Shown here in pieces: positions 9,424 to 19,700 of a DNA stretch of 64,000 nt (its first letter is position 1; the number at the start of each line of letters is the position of its first letter). The stretch is from an uncultured Acidobacteriota bacterium. GTDB lineage: Bacteria > Acidobacteriota > Vicinamibacteria > Vicinamibacterales > CAVVIG01. Under the pieces are notes generated by a model, which saw nothing but the letters and a program-made list of their open reading frames with translations, had not been told where the DNA came from and searched no databases. A program made the translations under genes and the position numbers. The DNA is taken from contig CAVRLS010000013.1 in assembly GCA_963722395.1 (NCBI GenBank), forward strand, positions 129,896-193,895, written 5' to 3'.

Positions 9424-10245
9424 TCAGTGCGTGAGGGAGTAGATGATGGTGTTGATGCCGAAGGCGTAGCCCGGCACCGAGAACTTCTGGAAGTAGAGCG
9501 GGTTCTCGGTTTCGCGCTCGTACGAGTCGCCGAAGTCGGTGTTGTAGGTCATCAACACCATGACGCGACCGCGATCGTCATTGACCGCCGCGATGCGCAT
9601 CGCCTCTGGCCGGCGCTCCCAGGTGCGGTTGGCGCCGTCCCAGTAGCCGATGCCGGGAATCTGCGGCACCTCGGTGGCGTTCAGCACCTGCCGGAAGATC
9701 TGGTGGTCGCGCGGCAGCTCGACGATGGGATAGCCGGCCGAGGGGAGCGATTGCCGCAGCATCGCCTCCCAGTAGTCCCACGCGTACTCGCCCCAGTAGT
9801 CGTCGGCCCACAGGAAGCCGCCCTTGAGCAGGTAGTCGCGCAGGTTCTTCGACTCCTCGGCATCGAGATACGCGCCGCCCGGCTCCGAGATCATCAGGAA
9901 CGGGCAGTGGAAGATCTCGGGCGACTTGAGGTTGATGAGCAGCGTCTCCGGTTCGCTGGTCTCGTCCATCGTCACCGGCGTGCGGGTCAGTTCGGACAGC
10001 CGAATGGACAGGTTGATGTCGGCGCGAGGCCAGTCGACATTCCAGCCGGCGCCGTCGCCGTTGCCTTGCCGGAACACGACACGGCAGAATTGGAACCCGC
10101 CGCGGAAGTCGTCCATCGTCGCGTAACGGGCAGGACGGCCGCTGTAGATGCCGCGTCCGCCGCGTCCGCCACGGCGCTGGGCAAGCGCCCCGGATGCCAG
10201 CGCAGCGATCAGCAGGACGGCGATGATGGCGGCGCGGGCCTTCAT
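9424..10245 (-). CDS. DUF4159 domain-containing protein
   Basis: Intact 273-aa ORF with a signal/TM N-terminus. FCRVVFRQGNGDGAGWNVDWPRADINLSIRLSELT...HCPFLMISEPGG...GGFLWADDYWG matches my recollection of DUF4159. Confidence 0.7.
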   Translation of the reverse strand: MKARAAIIAVLLIAALASGALAQRRGGRGGRGIYSGRPARYATMDDFRGGFQFCRVVFRQGNGDGAGWNVDWPRADINLSIRLSELTRTPVTMDETSEPETLLINLKSPEIFHCPFLMISEPGGAYLDAEESKNLRDYLLKGGFLWADDYWGEYAWDYWEAMLRQSLPSAGYPIVELPRDHQIFRQVLNATEVPQIPGIGYWDGANRTWERRPEAMRIAAVNDDRGRVMVLMTYNTDFGDSYERETENPLYFQKFSVPGYAFGINTIIYSLTH

Positions 10246-10287
10246 GGGCGTAGTGTAGCGTCAGTTGACTTGGGAGTGGGGACCGAT

Positions 10288-11256
10288 ATGAGAGCTGTGC
10301 TTGTTGAAGAGTTTGGTGGGCCAGACGCACTGATCCTGCGCGACGTTCCGAAGCCGGTACCCGGTCCAGCGGATGTCATCGTGAAGGTGGCGGTGAGCGG
10401 CGTGAACTTCATCGACGTGTACTTCCGCACCGGCCTCTACAAGGTGCCGCCGCCGGTGGCGCTCGGCAGCGAAGCGGCCGGACTGGTCGACTCGGTCGGC
10501 AGCGACGTCACCGATTTCGCACCTGGCGACCGCGTCGTCTATGTCATGAGCCGCGGCTCCTATGCCGAGTACGCGCAGGTGCCGGCAGTGCAGCTCGTGA
10601 AGATTCCCGACGTGGTGTCGTTCGAGCAGGCCGCAGCGGTGATGCTGCAGGGCATGACCGCGCATTACCTCACGCGATCCACGTTCCCGCTGAAAGCCGG
10701 CGACACCTGCCTCGTGCACGCTGCCGCAGGTGGCACGGGCGCGCTGGTGGTGCAGATGGCGAAGGCTGCCGGAGCCCGCGTGTTCGGCACGGTGTCGACC
10801 CCCGAGAAAGCGGCCATTGCCCGCGCCGCCGGCGCCGATGAGGTGATTTTCTACACCGAGCAGGATTTCGCCGCCGAGGCACGGCAGCTGACCGGCGGCC
10901 GGGGCGTCGACGTGGTGTTCGACGGCGTGGGAAAGACGACGTGCGAGAAGGGGTTCGACGCCCTTCGGCCGCGGGGCATGATGGTGCTGTTCGGCTATGC
11001 CAGCGGACCCGTGACGTCGGTCGACCCGTCGGTGCTCAACGCGAAGGGATCGCTGTTCCTGACGCGGCCCGGACTGGCACACCACATCGGTTCGCGCGAG
11101 GAACTGCTGTGGCGCGCGACGGAGGTGCTGGACATGGTGGCGCACACCACGCTGGACGTGCGCATCGATGCGACGTTTCCGCTGGCACAGGCGGCCGACG
11201 CACACCGCGCCCTCGAGGGGCGCAAGTCGACCGGCAAGTTCCTGCTCGCGATCTAG
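10288..11256 (+). CDS. qor: NADPH:quinone oxidoreductase (zeta-crystallin/MDR family)
   Basis: MRAVLVEEFGGPDALILRDVPKP..., GVNFIDVYFRTGLY, nucleotide motif AAAGGTGALVVQMAK, C-terminal HRALEGRKSTGKFLL. Only the last 323 codons of ORF 9427..11256 are used. Confidence 0.85.
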   Translation: MRAVLVEEFGGPDALILRDVPKPVPGPADVIVKVAVSGVNFIDVYFRTGLYKVPPPVALGSEAAGLVDSVGSDVTDFAPGDRVVYVMSRGSYAEYAQVPAVQLVKIPDVVSFEQAAAVMLQGMTAHYLTRSTFPLKAGDTCLVHAAAGGTGALVVQMAKAAGARVFGTVSTPEKAAIARAAGADEVIFYTEQDFAAEARQLTGGRGVDVVFDGVGKTTCEKGFDALRPRGMMVLFGYASGPVTSVDPSVLNAKGSLFLTRPGLAHHIGSREELLWRATEVLDMVAHTTLDVRIDATFPLAQAADAHRALEGRKSTGKFLLAI

Positions 11257-11279
11257 CGCGGCGGATCGTCGACCCGAAC

Positions 11280-11333
11280 GTAGTGTCCGCCTTCAGGCGG
11301 ACGTCGCGAGGTCCGCCTGAAGGCGGACACTAC
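11280..11333. repeat. REP-like palindromic element (two GTCCGCC-TTCA-GGCGGAC hairpins as a perfect inverted repeat)
   Basis: gtagtgtccgccttcaggcggac (11280-11302) and gtccgcctgaaggcggacactac (11311-11333) are exact reverse complements separated by 8 nt. Lies between convergent qor and the lipase gene. Confidence 0.85.
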
Positions 11334-11345
11334 GTCGAATGCGGA

Positions 11346-12251
11346 CTAGTCGCCGTGCCGTGCGTAATCGTTCCATATGTCGACTGCGTATCCGGCCGGC
11401 ATGTGATCGAGCAGGAACTTCGGCGGGGCGGTCGTCGAGCCTGTGCGCAGCAGCGTCAACACCTGGCGCAGGTGCTGTGCGTCGCCGAACAGCGCTTTGA
11501 GGACCTGCGACAGTGCAGGGCGCTCCAGACTCACCATTCCTGCCGCATCGATCTGCCGCAGCGCGTCTACATGCTTGTACGGAAGCGGCGCCGGCGGCGG
11601 CACCTGCGTCACGACATCGCTGTCCGCGACATAGCGCCAGGCGCGTGCGCCGAAGCGGGCCGAGAACGTCGAGGCGAATGCCCGGTTGCCGACGCGCGGG
11701 GAGCCGAACGTGCACACGCCGGCCGTCCGATCGAACCGGGCGGCGGCGAGGGTGGCGAGGGCGGCACCCAGGCTGTGGCCGGTGAACCAGATGCGGCGTG
11801 CCGGTGCCAGGGCCTCGAGCTGCGGCGCCAGCCGCGGCCACACACGATCGAGGGCGCCGAGGAAACCCAGGTGCACGGACGCGCCGGACGTGTCCCAGGG
11901 CACCAGCGCGAACCTGGCGTCATCGAAGATATCGGACGACTGATCCGGTTCGGTGCCACGAAACGTCACGATGGCGAATCCGTCGCCGGTGGCCACGTAG
12001 CCGTCCACCCCTGCCTCATTGAACGCGGCCGCCTCGAGGCCGGCGTCGCCAAATCGGGAACGGGCGTGCGCCTCGTCCCAGTACGCGAGCAGCGCCGCGT
12101 CGGCCAGCCACCACGCGTTCCGGCGGCTCAGGCTCGAGGCCGACACGTTGAACGGGTGATTCCCGGCCTCTGCAAAGTGCTGGTAGTCCGAGTCGCGCTC
12201 CGGGTGGAAGACCAGCTCGATGCGCCGAATCGGCCGCGGTTTCAGCAACAT
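11346..12251 (-). CDS. class 3 (fungal-type) lipase family protein
   Basis: Intact 301-aa ORF. Nucleophile elbow FTGHSLGAALATLAA, then FGSPRVGN. Confidence 0.75.
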   Translation of the reverse strand: MLLKPRPIRRIELVFHPERDSDYQHFAEAGNHPFNVSASSLSRRNAWWLADAALLAYWDEAHARSRFGDAGLEAAAFNEAGVDGYVATGDGFAIVTFRGTEPDQSSDIFDDARFALVPWDTSGASVHLGFLGALDRVWPRLAPQLEALAPARRIWFTGHSLGAALATLAAARFDRTAGVCTFGSPRVGNRAFASTFSARFGARAWRYVADSDVVTQVPPPAPLPYKHVDALRQIDAAGMVSLERPALSQVLKALFGDAQHLRQVLTLLRTGSTTAPPKFLLDHMPAGYAVDIWNDYARHGD

Positions 12252-12372
12252 GCGCGAAGGCTACCACGCGCTGTCGTTCGAGTCGTGTTGCTGCGCGGCT
12301 CCGCGTTAAAATCGGCGCGTCGGACAGAATTGGACAGCAATCGGCGCGATTGTCGAGTACACACTGGATGTC

Positions 12373-12744
12373 ATGAGCCGTGCCAGCGGAGTGCTGATCG
12401 TCGACGACATGCCGCAGACACGACGGTTCGTCTCCCGCATTCTCGAGCGCGAGGGGTTCCTGACCTTTGAAGCCGAGAACGGGGCCATGGCCTACGCCGC
12501 GGCGCGCTCGCATCCGGACGATATCGACGTCGCCGTGGTCGACATCGACCTGCCCGGCGCCTCGGGCGACGAGGTTGCCGCAGTCCTGAAGCGCACCATA
12601 CCCAACCTACGGGTCGTCTACATCACCGCGCACGACATCGGCGCGCTTGTCGCGTCAGGGCGTCTCTCCGACGATGCCATCGTCCTGCAGAAGCCGTTCA
12701 CGGTAGCGGCCCTCATCGACATCGTGGGCCGCAGCCGAGGGTGA
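12373..12744 (+). CDS. single-domain response regulator (CheY-like receiver)
   Basis: VLIVDDMPQTR..., phospho-acceptor context VAVVDIDLPGASG, VVYITAH, LQKPF. Confidence 0.8.
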   Translation: MSRASGVLIVDDMPQTRRFVSRILEREGFLTFEAENGAMAYAAARSHPDDIDVAVVDIDLPGASGDEVAAVLKRTIPNLRVVYITAHDIGALVASGRLSDDAIVLQKPFTVAALIDIVGRSRG

Positions 12745-12759
12745 CCAGGTCGGCGTGGC

Positions 12760-14376
12760 GTGCAGGGCAGTACGCGGCACGCTCCTTGCTCCCGGCCCCG
12801 CATCGCTTCCTCATCTTCTACTACGCGCTCGTCGGGCTCATCGTCCGCGTGCACCGGACCTCAGGCTGATGTCGCTGTGGTTGGCGGAGGGCCGTCCGGC
12901 GCCGTGGCGGCGCGTCTGCTGGCCACATGGGGGCACCGCGTCGTGCTGTTGGCGCGAGACGATGATCCTGCGCGATCGCTCGCCAACTCACTCCCGCCGA
13001 GCACGCACAAACTACTGCAGCAAACCGGCATCACCGACCTCGTCGATCGCGTCGGCTTCCGCACGTTCGGCAACAGCGTCTGGTGGGGAGAGCGCGAAGG
13101 ACACAGCGAGCCGTTCTCGTCCGACGGCACGGCGTGGGGCTATCAGGTTGAACGCGCCGACCTCGACCCGTTGCTGCGCGACTCGGCAGAGGCCGCCGGT
13201 GCGCAGGTGCTGCGCGGTGCGCGGGTGCGGCAGGTGCGAATCACGCCCGACGACGAGGTCTCGGTTGCGTACGTGCTGGGCGGGCGCGAGCTCGCGTGCC
13301 GATCCCGCCTCGTGCTCGACTGCTCGGGTCGCGCGGGTATGGTGGCGGTGCCCCACGCGCTGCGTCGGCATGTGCCCGGTGGCCGGATGCAGGCCCTGGT
13401 TGGCGTGTGGGAGCGCGAGAATCGCTGGTCAGGCTTGCACCGCACGCACACCGTCATCGAGACCTGCGACGCCGGGTGGGGGTGGTCGATTCCGACCCGT
13501 GACACCAGGCGCCATGTCGGCATCATGGTCGACGGCGGCTCCGGCGGGGTGGACAGAGGTGGGTCGCTCGAGGCGACCTACCGCATGCAGCTCGCCCGCC
13601 TGCCACAGATCGACGGACAGGTGCACGACGCAAGGCTGGTGCGCGCCTTCGCCTGCGATGCCAGCGTCTACACCGCATCGCGATTTGCCGAGCACCGCCT
13701 GCTGCTCGTCGGCGACGCAGGTGCGACGCTCAACCCGCTATCGTCCTTCGGCATCAAGAAGGCGCTCGCGTCGGCGTGGCTGGCCGCCGTCGTCGCGCAC
13801 ACCTCGCTTGGGCATCCCGAGCGCGCCGACGTCGCCCGCGAGTTCTTCTCCCGCTGGTCCTCGCAGGTGTGGCACGTCAATCTGAAGCGCTCGAGCGAGT
13901 TCGCGGCGGAGGCGCTCGCCAGACATCCGGGCGCGTTCTGGCAGGCACAGGCGTCAGCCGTTGTCGACCAGAGGGAGCTGCCGCTCGACGACACGGCCCT
14001 GTTGACCTCGACCGATGTGCGCGCGGCACTCACGCAGCTTCGTGAGCGCGACACTTTTGTGCTGTTGCCCGCCGGTGAATCGACATTCGTGTCCGCGCCG
14101 ATCGTGCGTGGGCACGTGGTTGCGATTGAGCCCGCCGTGGCGCTCGGACCGGCGCCGCGCGACGTCGTGCGCTACGTGCGCGGTGTCGATCTCGTGGCAC
14201 TTGCTGGACTTGCCCCTGCTGCGCACGATGTGCCGGCGATTGTCGAGCGGTACTGCGCCCTGCACGGAGCCGTCGCACTGCCCGACATTCTTGGCGCCCT
14301 CGCCCTGCTGCTCGCCCGCGGCGTGCTCGCGATCGACGCGCCGACCAGCCCTCTCCACGCCTCCAAACGCGATTAG
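12760..14376 (+). CDS. FAD-dependent halogenase-fold flavoprotein; candidate QhpG-type Trp-modifying monooxygenase
   Basis: Intact ORF. Dinucleotide fold DVAVVGGGPSGAVAARLLA, WxWxIP-type motif GWGWSIP, LLLVGDAGATLNPLSSFGIKKAL. The GTG start at 12760 adds an odd 35-aa S/R-rich extension, so the start is uncertain. Assignment to qhpG rests on context only. Confidence 0.6.
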   Translation: MQGSTRHAPCSRPRIASSSSTTRSSGSSSACTGPQADVAVVGGGPSGAVAARLLATWGHRVVLLARDDDPARSLANSLPPSTHKLLQQTGITDLVDRVGFRTFGNSVWWGEREGHSEPFSSDGTAWGYQVERADLDPLLRDSAEAAGAQVLRGARVRQVRITPDDEVSVAYVLGGRELACRSRLVLDCSGRAGMVAVPHALRRHVPGGRMQALVGVWERENRWSGLHRTHTVIETCDAGWGWSIPTRDTRRHVGIMVDGGSGGVDRGGSLEATYRMQLARLPQIDGQVHDARLVRAFACDASVYTASRFAEHRLLLVGDAGATLNPLSSFGIKKALASAWLAAVVAHTSLGHPERADVAREFFSRWSSQVWHVNLKRSSEFAAEALARHPGAFWQAQASAVVDQRELPLDDTALLTSTDVRAALTQLRERDTFVLLPAGESTFVSAPIVRGHVVAIEPAVALGPAPRDVVRYVRGVDLVALAGLAPAAHDVPAIVERYCALHGAVALPDILGALALLLARGVLAIDAPTSPLHASKRD

Positions 14377-14669
14377 CGCCAGTTCTGTCGGCGTCGTCAA
14401 CCGCTTCCAGACACACGTGTGCGCTTTCCCCCGCACGTCGTGCGCTGCGTCGCGCCCCGACACCTGAACGAGATGCCGCAAACAAATCGATTTCGCGCGC
14501 AATCACGCAGTGAAACACGCGCGCTCGCGTCGTTGCGCAGCACGTGGTGAATGCGTCGTGCACACCGTGGCATACCCGTTGCTCTATCACCTGCAGACGA
14601 ACTATCGCAGCGACATGTTCGTTGGCACTCATTTCAGGGCAGACCGTGAGATCGATATCAGGAGGGGGC

Positions 14670-17444
14670 ATGACACGTGTGTGGTCGTTCGTGGTTGCGC
14701 TGATGCTGGTCGTTGGGATCGGCCCGGCTCTGGCGCAGCGCACGACAGGTGAGATCTCGGGGAAGGTGATTGATGAATCCGGCGGCACGCTGCCGGGCGT
14801 CACGGTGACGCTGCGAAGCGAAGCCATGCCGGGCGCAACGCCGGTCATCACCTCCGAAACCGGAACCTACCGGTTCCCGCTCCTGCCCGCCGGCAGCTAC
14901 GACGTCGAGTACGTGCTCGAGGGCTTTGCGGGCGCCAAATACGAAGCGATTCGGATCGCGGTTGGACAGACGATCGATCTGAACGTGACCATGAAGGTGA
15001 GCGCGCTCAACGAGACGCTGACCGTGACTGGCGTCGCGCCGGTGGTGAACGTCACCACGTCGGAGGTCAGCACGAATTACAACCGCGAGTGGGTGCAGAG
15101 CGCGCCGGTCCGACGGTTCTCCTACTTCGACCTGATCAACTCGGCGCCGGGCGTCAGCGCGACGTCGAACGTCGGACAGAGCACGTCGGCGCAGTCGCTG
15201 GGCAGCAGCACGAACGAGAACCAGTACCAGATCGACGGCACGGACATCAGCTCGACGCCGTGGCCCAACACCGACGCCATCGAGGAGGTGCAGGTGCTGC
15301 AGCTCGGGTGCGTCGGCCGAGTACGGCAACGTCCAGGGCGCCGTGTTCAACATCGTCACGCGCCAGGGCAGCGAACGTGTTCCACGGCGACGCGAACACC
15401 TACTATCAGAGCGAGCGCGCTGACCGGCTCGCAACACCACCGACGGCGGTCGACAAGGGCTTCCCCTACAACCGCGACACGCTACCGCGACGGCACCGTG
15501 CAGGCGGCTGGTCCCGTTCGTTCCGGACAAGTTCTGGTTCTTCGGCTCGATGCAGTACCAGCGCGACTGGGATTCGCAGCCAGGCGTCGACCCGACGCTG
15601 CCGACCAAGAACGACTCGCGCCGCATGTTCTGCAAGTTCAACTACGACCATCAACGCGAAGCACCGGTTGATGCACGGCTACCACAACGACTACTACTTC
15701 ATTCCGGAGATCGCCGACCAGCTTCACGGCGCCGAGCACGTGTCGTTGAGCCACGGCGACAACCCGACGCCGAACGTCGTCTACACCGGCGTGCTGACGC
15801 GACAAGACGTTCATGGAGGCGCGCTACTCGGGCTTCTGGCTCAATAGCTCGGTCGAACCCGAACGAGGACGGCGTACCGCGCGTGCTGACGCGCTTCGAG
15901 GATCGAGGACACCGGCCTCATCACCGGCGGCATCACGAACTGGACCGAGAACCGCAGCTGGCAGCTGGGGCACGGCAGTCAAGCTGTCGCACGTCGTCGA
16001 CTCGTTCCTCGGCGGCAGCCACGACATCAAGATCGGGCTGCAGTACGGCAGTCACGGCAGCGACAACCTGAACGGTCCGAACGACGTCCTCACCACGTTC
16101 AGCCAGACCGGCCGGCCGACGGCGGGCACGACGCAGTTGCCGTATCACCAGGGCGCGCAGGTCTACTGGAACGGCGTCTACGTCGACGACACCTTCCGTC
16201 TCGGCGCGCGCCGTCGCTCAACCTCGGCGTCCGCTACGACCACAGTCGCGGCATCGTTCCCGTCGTTCCCGCTGCTCGACGCCACCGGCTTCCCGACCGG
16301 CGCGATGTCGGCCGCGAACGACAATGTCTACTCGTGGAACACGTTCTCGCCGCGCGTCGGCCTGAACTAGCAGGTGACCGACGTCCGGCAACACGGTGGT
16401 GAAGGCGCACTACGGCCGCTACTACAAGGCGCTCGAGCCGGGCGAGTTCCGCCGGCGCGGTGCCGTCGATCTCGCCGGCCTTCGAGCTTCGCGCTCGACG
16501 CGGCGGGCGATCGCGTCGAACTTCGTGCAGACGTCGAGCAACGCCAACCTGCGCATCGACCCGGACTTCAAGGCGCCCTACAACGACCAGTTCATGGTGC
16601 AGCTCGAGCAGGAGCTGCGTCGCCGAACCTCGGCCTGCAGGTGAACTACGTGCACAAGCGAGGCGAGGACTACGGCGGCGTGGCAGGACATCGCCGGCAC
16701 CTACGTCCAGGTGCCCTACGTCGACAACGTCGGCATCGACGCCACCGGCCAGACGGTGATGGTCTACCGCCTCACTCAGCAACCCGGCCGACCGCGTCTT
16801 CCTGCAGACGAATCCAGACGGGATGTACATGCGCTACAACGGCGTCACCGTCACGGCTGACCAAGCGCATGTCGAACAACTGGCAGGCGGTGTTCTCGCT
16901 CGTGCTGTCGAAGGCTGAGGGTCGCCTCGGCTCGAGCGCCCGCGCCACGTCGACGACCGACGCAGAGCAGCCAGGCGCGGGCACCTTCGGTCGTGAGCGG
17001 CCGGCCCGAACGACTTCGTCAACACCGACGGCCGGCTCGATCGGCGATCGTCCGGTCGTCGCCAAGCTGCAGCTGATCTACAGGCTCCCGCTGGGGCATC
17101 ATGGTCGTCGGCCAACGTGCAGCACCAGACCGGCCGCTTCTACTCGCGCCAGGTCCGCGTGTCGCGGCCTCGGCTTCCCGGCGCCGCCGACCATCAACAT
17201 GGAAGCGAACACCGGCGACCGCCGCGTGCCGGACGTCAACCTGATCGACTTGCGCGCGCAGAAGGAGTTCGACCCTCGCCGGCTCGCGAGCTTCGGCGCT
17301 GTTCCTCGACGCGCTGAACCTGACCAACAGCGATCAGAGCGAAGGCGTCGGCGTCGTCGCTCGGCACCTCGACGTCGTTCGGCGTCGCCGACGCGCTACA
17401 TCCCGCCGCGCCGCGTGCAGCTCGGCGCCAAGTTCCGCTGGTAG
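14670..17444 (+). pseudogene. TonB-dependent receptor with CarboxypepD_reg N-terminal domain, heavily frameshifted as assembled
   Basis: RBS aggaggggg, then MTRVWSFVVALMLVVGIGPALAQRTTGEISGKVIDESGGTLPGVTVTL... (frame of ORF 14544..15671). Continuation pieces ASAEYGNVQGAVFNIVTRQGS, NVFHGDANTYYQSE, MQYQRDWDSQPGVDPTLPTKNDSRRMF, HRLMHGYHNDYYFIPE, FLGGSHDIKIGLQYGSHGSDN, NANLRIDPDFKAPYNDQFMVQLEQEL and the terminal YIPPRRVQLGAKFRW are scattered over all three frames. The first break is near 15305. Confidence 0.8.
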
Positions 17445-17510
17445 CACCACGCCGCAGGCACCCGGTCAGATGCGGCATCGGAGGTCTGCACTCTTCAGAA
17501 GTCGATTATC

Positions 17511-17528
17511 GGCGGCCTGCGGGCCGCC
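17511..17528 (+). terminator. short GC hairpin downstream of the TonB receptor gene
   Basis: ggcggcc-tgcg-ggccgcc, a perfect 7-bp stem 67 nt after the stop. No U-tract, so function is uncertain. Confidence 0.3.
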
Positions 17529-17543
17529 TCGTGGAGAGTGCTC

Positions 17544-17948
17544 ATGAAGATTGTGCGAATCGGATTGCCGCGTGCTGACGTTGTCGTGAGCGGCGTGCCG
17601 GCGTTCGCCGGTGAACTGGCGGCAGCGCCGCGAAGCGGCCGCCGCCGCGGCAAGGACGCCGACACGCAGGAGACGCCCGGTCGGGACGGCGACCGAAGCC
17701 GATGGTGCTGGCCGGCGCCGCGCTGTTCGCCGGCGGCATGGCGTCGGGCTGTCTACGGCTTCATCAACAACAAGAACGGCGAGCTACTCGGAGTTCGGCG
17801 AGGCTTCGGCGAGCAACGAGAAGCTCGGGCGCCGCCGGACTGGGCGCGGCGTTCGCGGGCGGCACGATGATGTTCCTCGGCACGCCACGGCAAGCGCATG
17901 CCGTCGGTCACCGTCGGCGCCGTGGCGTCGGCGTCGCGAAGAAGGTGA
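17544..17948 (+). pseudogene. small hypothetical exported/Gly-rich protein, frameshifted as assembled
   Basis: MKIVRIGLPRADVVVSGVPAFAG... Then, in other frames: MVLAGAALFAGGMASG / VYGFINNKNGE / YSEFGEASASNEKLG / AAGLGAAFAGGTMMFLG / RMPSVTVGAVASASRRR-stop (17946-17948), 1 nt before the qhpA start. The reconstruction is tentative. Confidence 0.3.
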
Positions 17949-17949
17949 C

Positions 17950-19700
17950 ATGGTGAGATGGCGCGCCAGTCGCTGTCATGGATTCCGCGCCGTTCTGCTC
18001 GCCGGCATCGGCGCGGCCGCTGCGGCGACGTCGGCGCCGCGCAGGCGCACTGCGGCCGATGCCGGCATCCCGATCGAGAGCGAGCTCGTCAAGCAGCAAG
18101 TGCGGCGACTGCCACACGCCCGACGACCAGAAGCGGATGACCCGCATCTCGTATCGGCGCGCCACCCCGGAGAACTGGGAGCGGACGATCAAGCGGATGA
18201 TCACCATCAACAAGGCGGCGCTCGAGCGCCGCCGACGCCCGCGCGATCGTCAAGTACCTCGTCCGACCACAACGGCCTTGCGCCCGAGGAAGCGCGGCCG
18301 GTCGCGTTCGAGGCCGAACGCCGCCTGATCGACGTGCACCTACGACGGCGACAAGGACACGGCCACCGCTGCTGCTCGGGGTGCCACTCGATCGGCCGCG
18401 TCATGAGCGAGCGGCGGACGAAGGAGGAGTGGGAGGCTGCTGATCGCGATGCATCGCGGCTACTACCCGCTGGTCGACAACCAGCCGATCAACTGAACGG
18501 GCCAGGGCTTCCGCCGGTCGCGCGCGCCGTGCCGTCGCCGAGGACGCCGCCGACAAGCGCCATCCGATGGACACGGCGATCGAGCACCTCGCCAAGGCGT
18601 TCCCGCTGATCACCCCGGAGTGGACGGAGTGGACGCGCCGCGTGGCAGCCGCCAACCTCGGCGGCACGTGGGCGCTCACCGGCTAACGATCCCGGGCAAG
18701 GGTCCGGTCTACGGTGAGATGACCGGTCACGGCCGATGCCGGCCGCCGGACACGTTCGTCACCGACGACGACGCTACACGGTCGGCGAAGACCGGCGAGA
18801 CCGCGTCGCGCACCGGCAAGGCGCTCGTCTACACCGGCTTCCAGTGGCGCGGCCGCGGCGCCGACGCGGCGCAAGCCGGACGAGCCGTGGCGTGAGGTGA
18901 TGTTCGTCGAGCGCGACCGCAGCGAGATGTGGGGCCGCTGGTTCACCGGCGCCTACGACGAGATCGGCATCGACGTGAAGCTGGTGAGGCTCGGCGGCGA
19001 TCGCCGATGGTCCTCGGCACCAGCCGGCTCGCGCTGAAGACGCGGCGCCACGGCCAGCGTCACGATCTTCGGCGCGAACCTGCCGGCGACGCTCACGCCG
19101 GCGACGTCAGCCTCGGCGCCGGCATCACCGTCACGCAGCGTCGCCGTCGGCGCAACGACGCGGTGACCGTCGACGGTGACGGTGGCCGCCGACGCGACGG
19201 CCGGGGCCGCGCGACCTCGTCGTCGCCGGCGTGGTGAAGCCCTCGGCGCTGGTCGTCTACGACAAGGTCGACGGCGTGCGCGTGCTGCCGCGGGCCGGCC
19301 TGGCGCGCGTCGGCGGCGCGGTCTTCCCGAAGGGGTACCAGCAGTTCGAGGCGATGGCCTTCAACAACGGTCCCGACGGCAAGCCGAACACCAGCGACGA
19401 CTGGCACCTCGGCGCTGGTCGACGCGACGTGGAGTGTCGAGGAGTACACGGCGACGTTCGACGACGACGACCTGAAGTTCGTCGGCGCGATCGACGCGAG
19501 ACCGGCCTCTTCACGCCGAACGTCGACGGCCCGAACCCGGACACGCAGCGGCAATCGCAACAACATCGGTGACGTCTGTGGATCGTCGCCGACTACACGC
19601 CGGAACGGTGCGCGCCGAGCCGATCCGCGCGCGCGCGCAGCTCGTGCGTCGCACCTCCGGTCTACATGCGCTGGATCGGCATCGGAGGCCGGTACAATGA
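17950..19700 (+). pseudogene. qhpA: quinohemoprotein amine dehydrogenase alpha subunit (di-haem cytochrome c), frameshifted as assembled
   Basis: MVRWRASRCHGFRAVLLAGIGAAAAA (signal). First haem motif CGDCHTPDDQKRMTRISYRRATPENWERTIKRMITINKAALE. Then ARAIVKYL.SDHNGLAPEEARPVAFEAERRLID. Second haem motif CSGCHSIGRVMSERRTKEEWE. Distal pieces VYDKVDGVRVLPRAGLARVGGAVFPKGYQQFEAMAFNNGPDGKPNTSDDWHLG and GLFTPNVDGPNPD..NRNNIGDVWIVADYTPE. All three frames are used. Confidence 0.8.

Noticed and set aside
9427-10287. N-terminal 287 codons of the 609-aa ORF 9427..11256
   Set aside because: This part is antisense to the well-supported DUF4159 gene. The quinone oxidoreductase homology begins at the internal ATG 10288.
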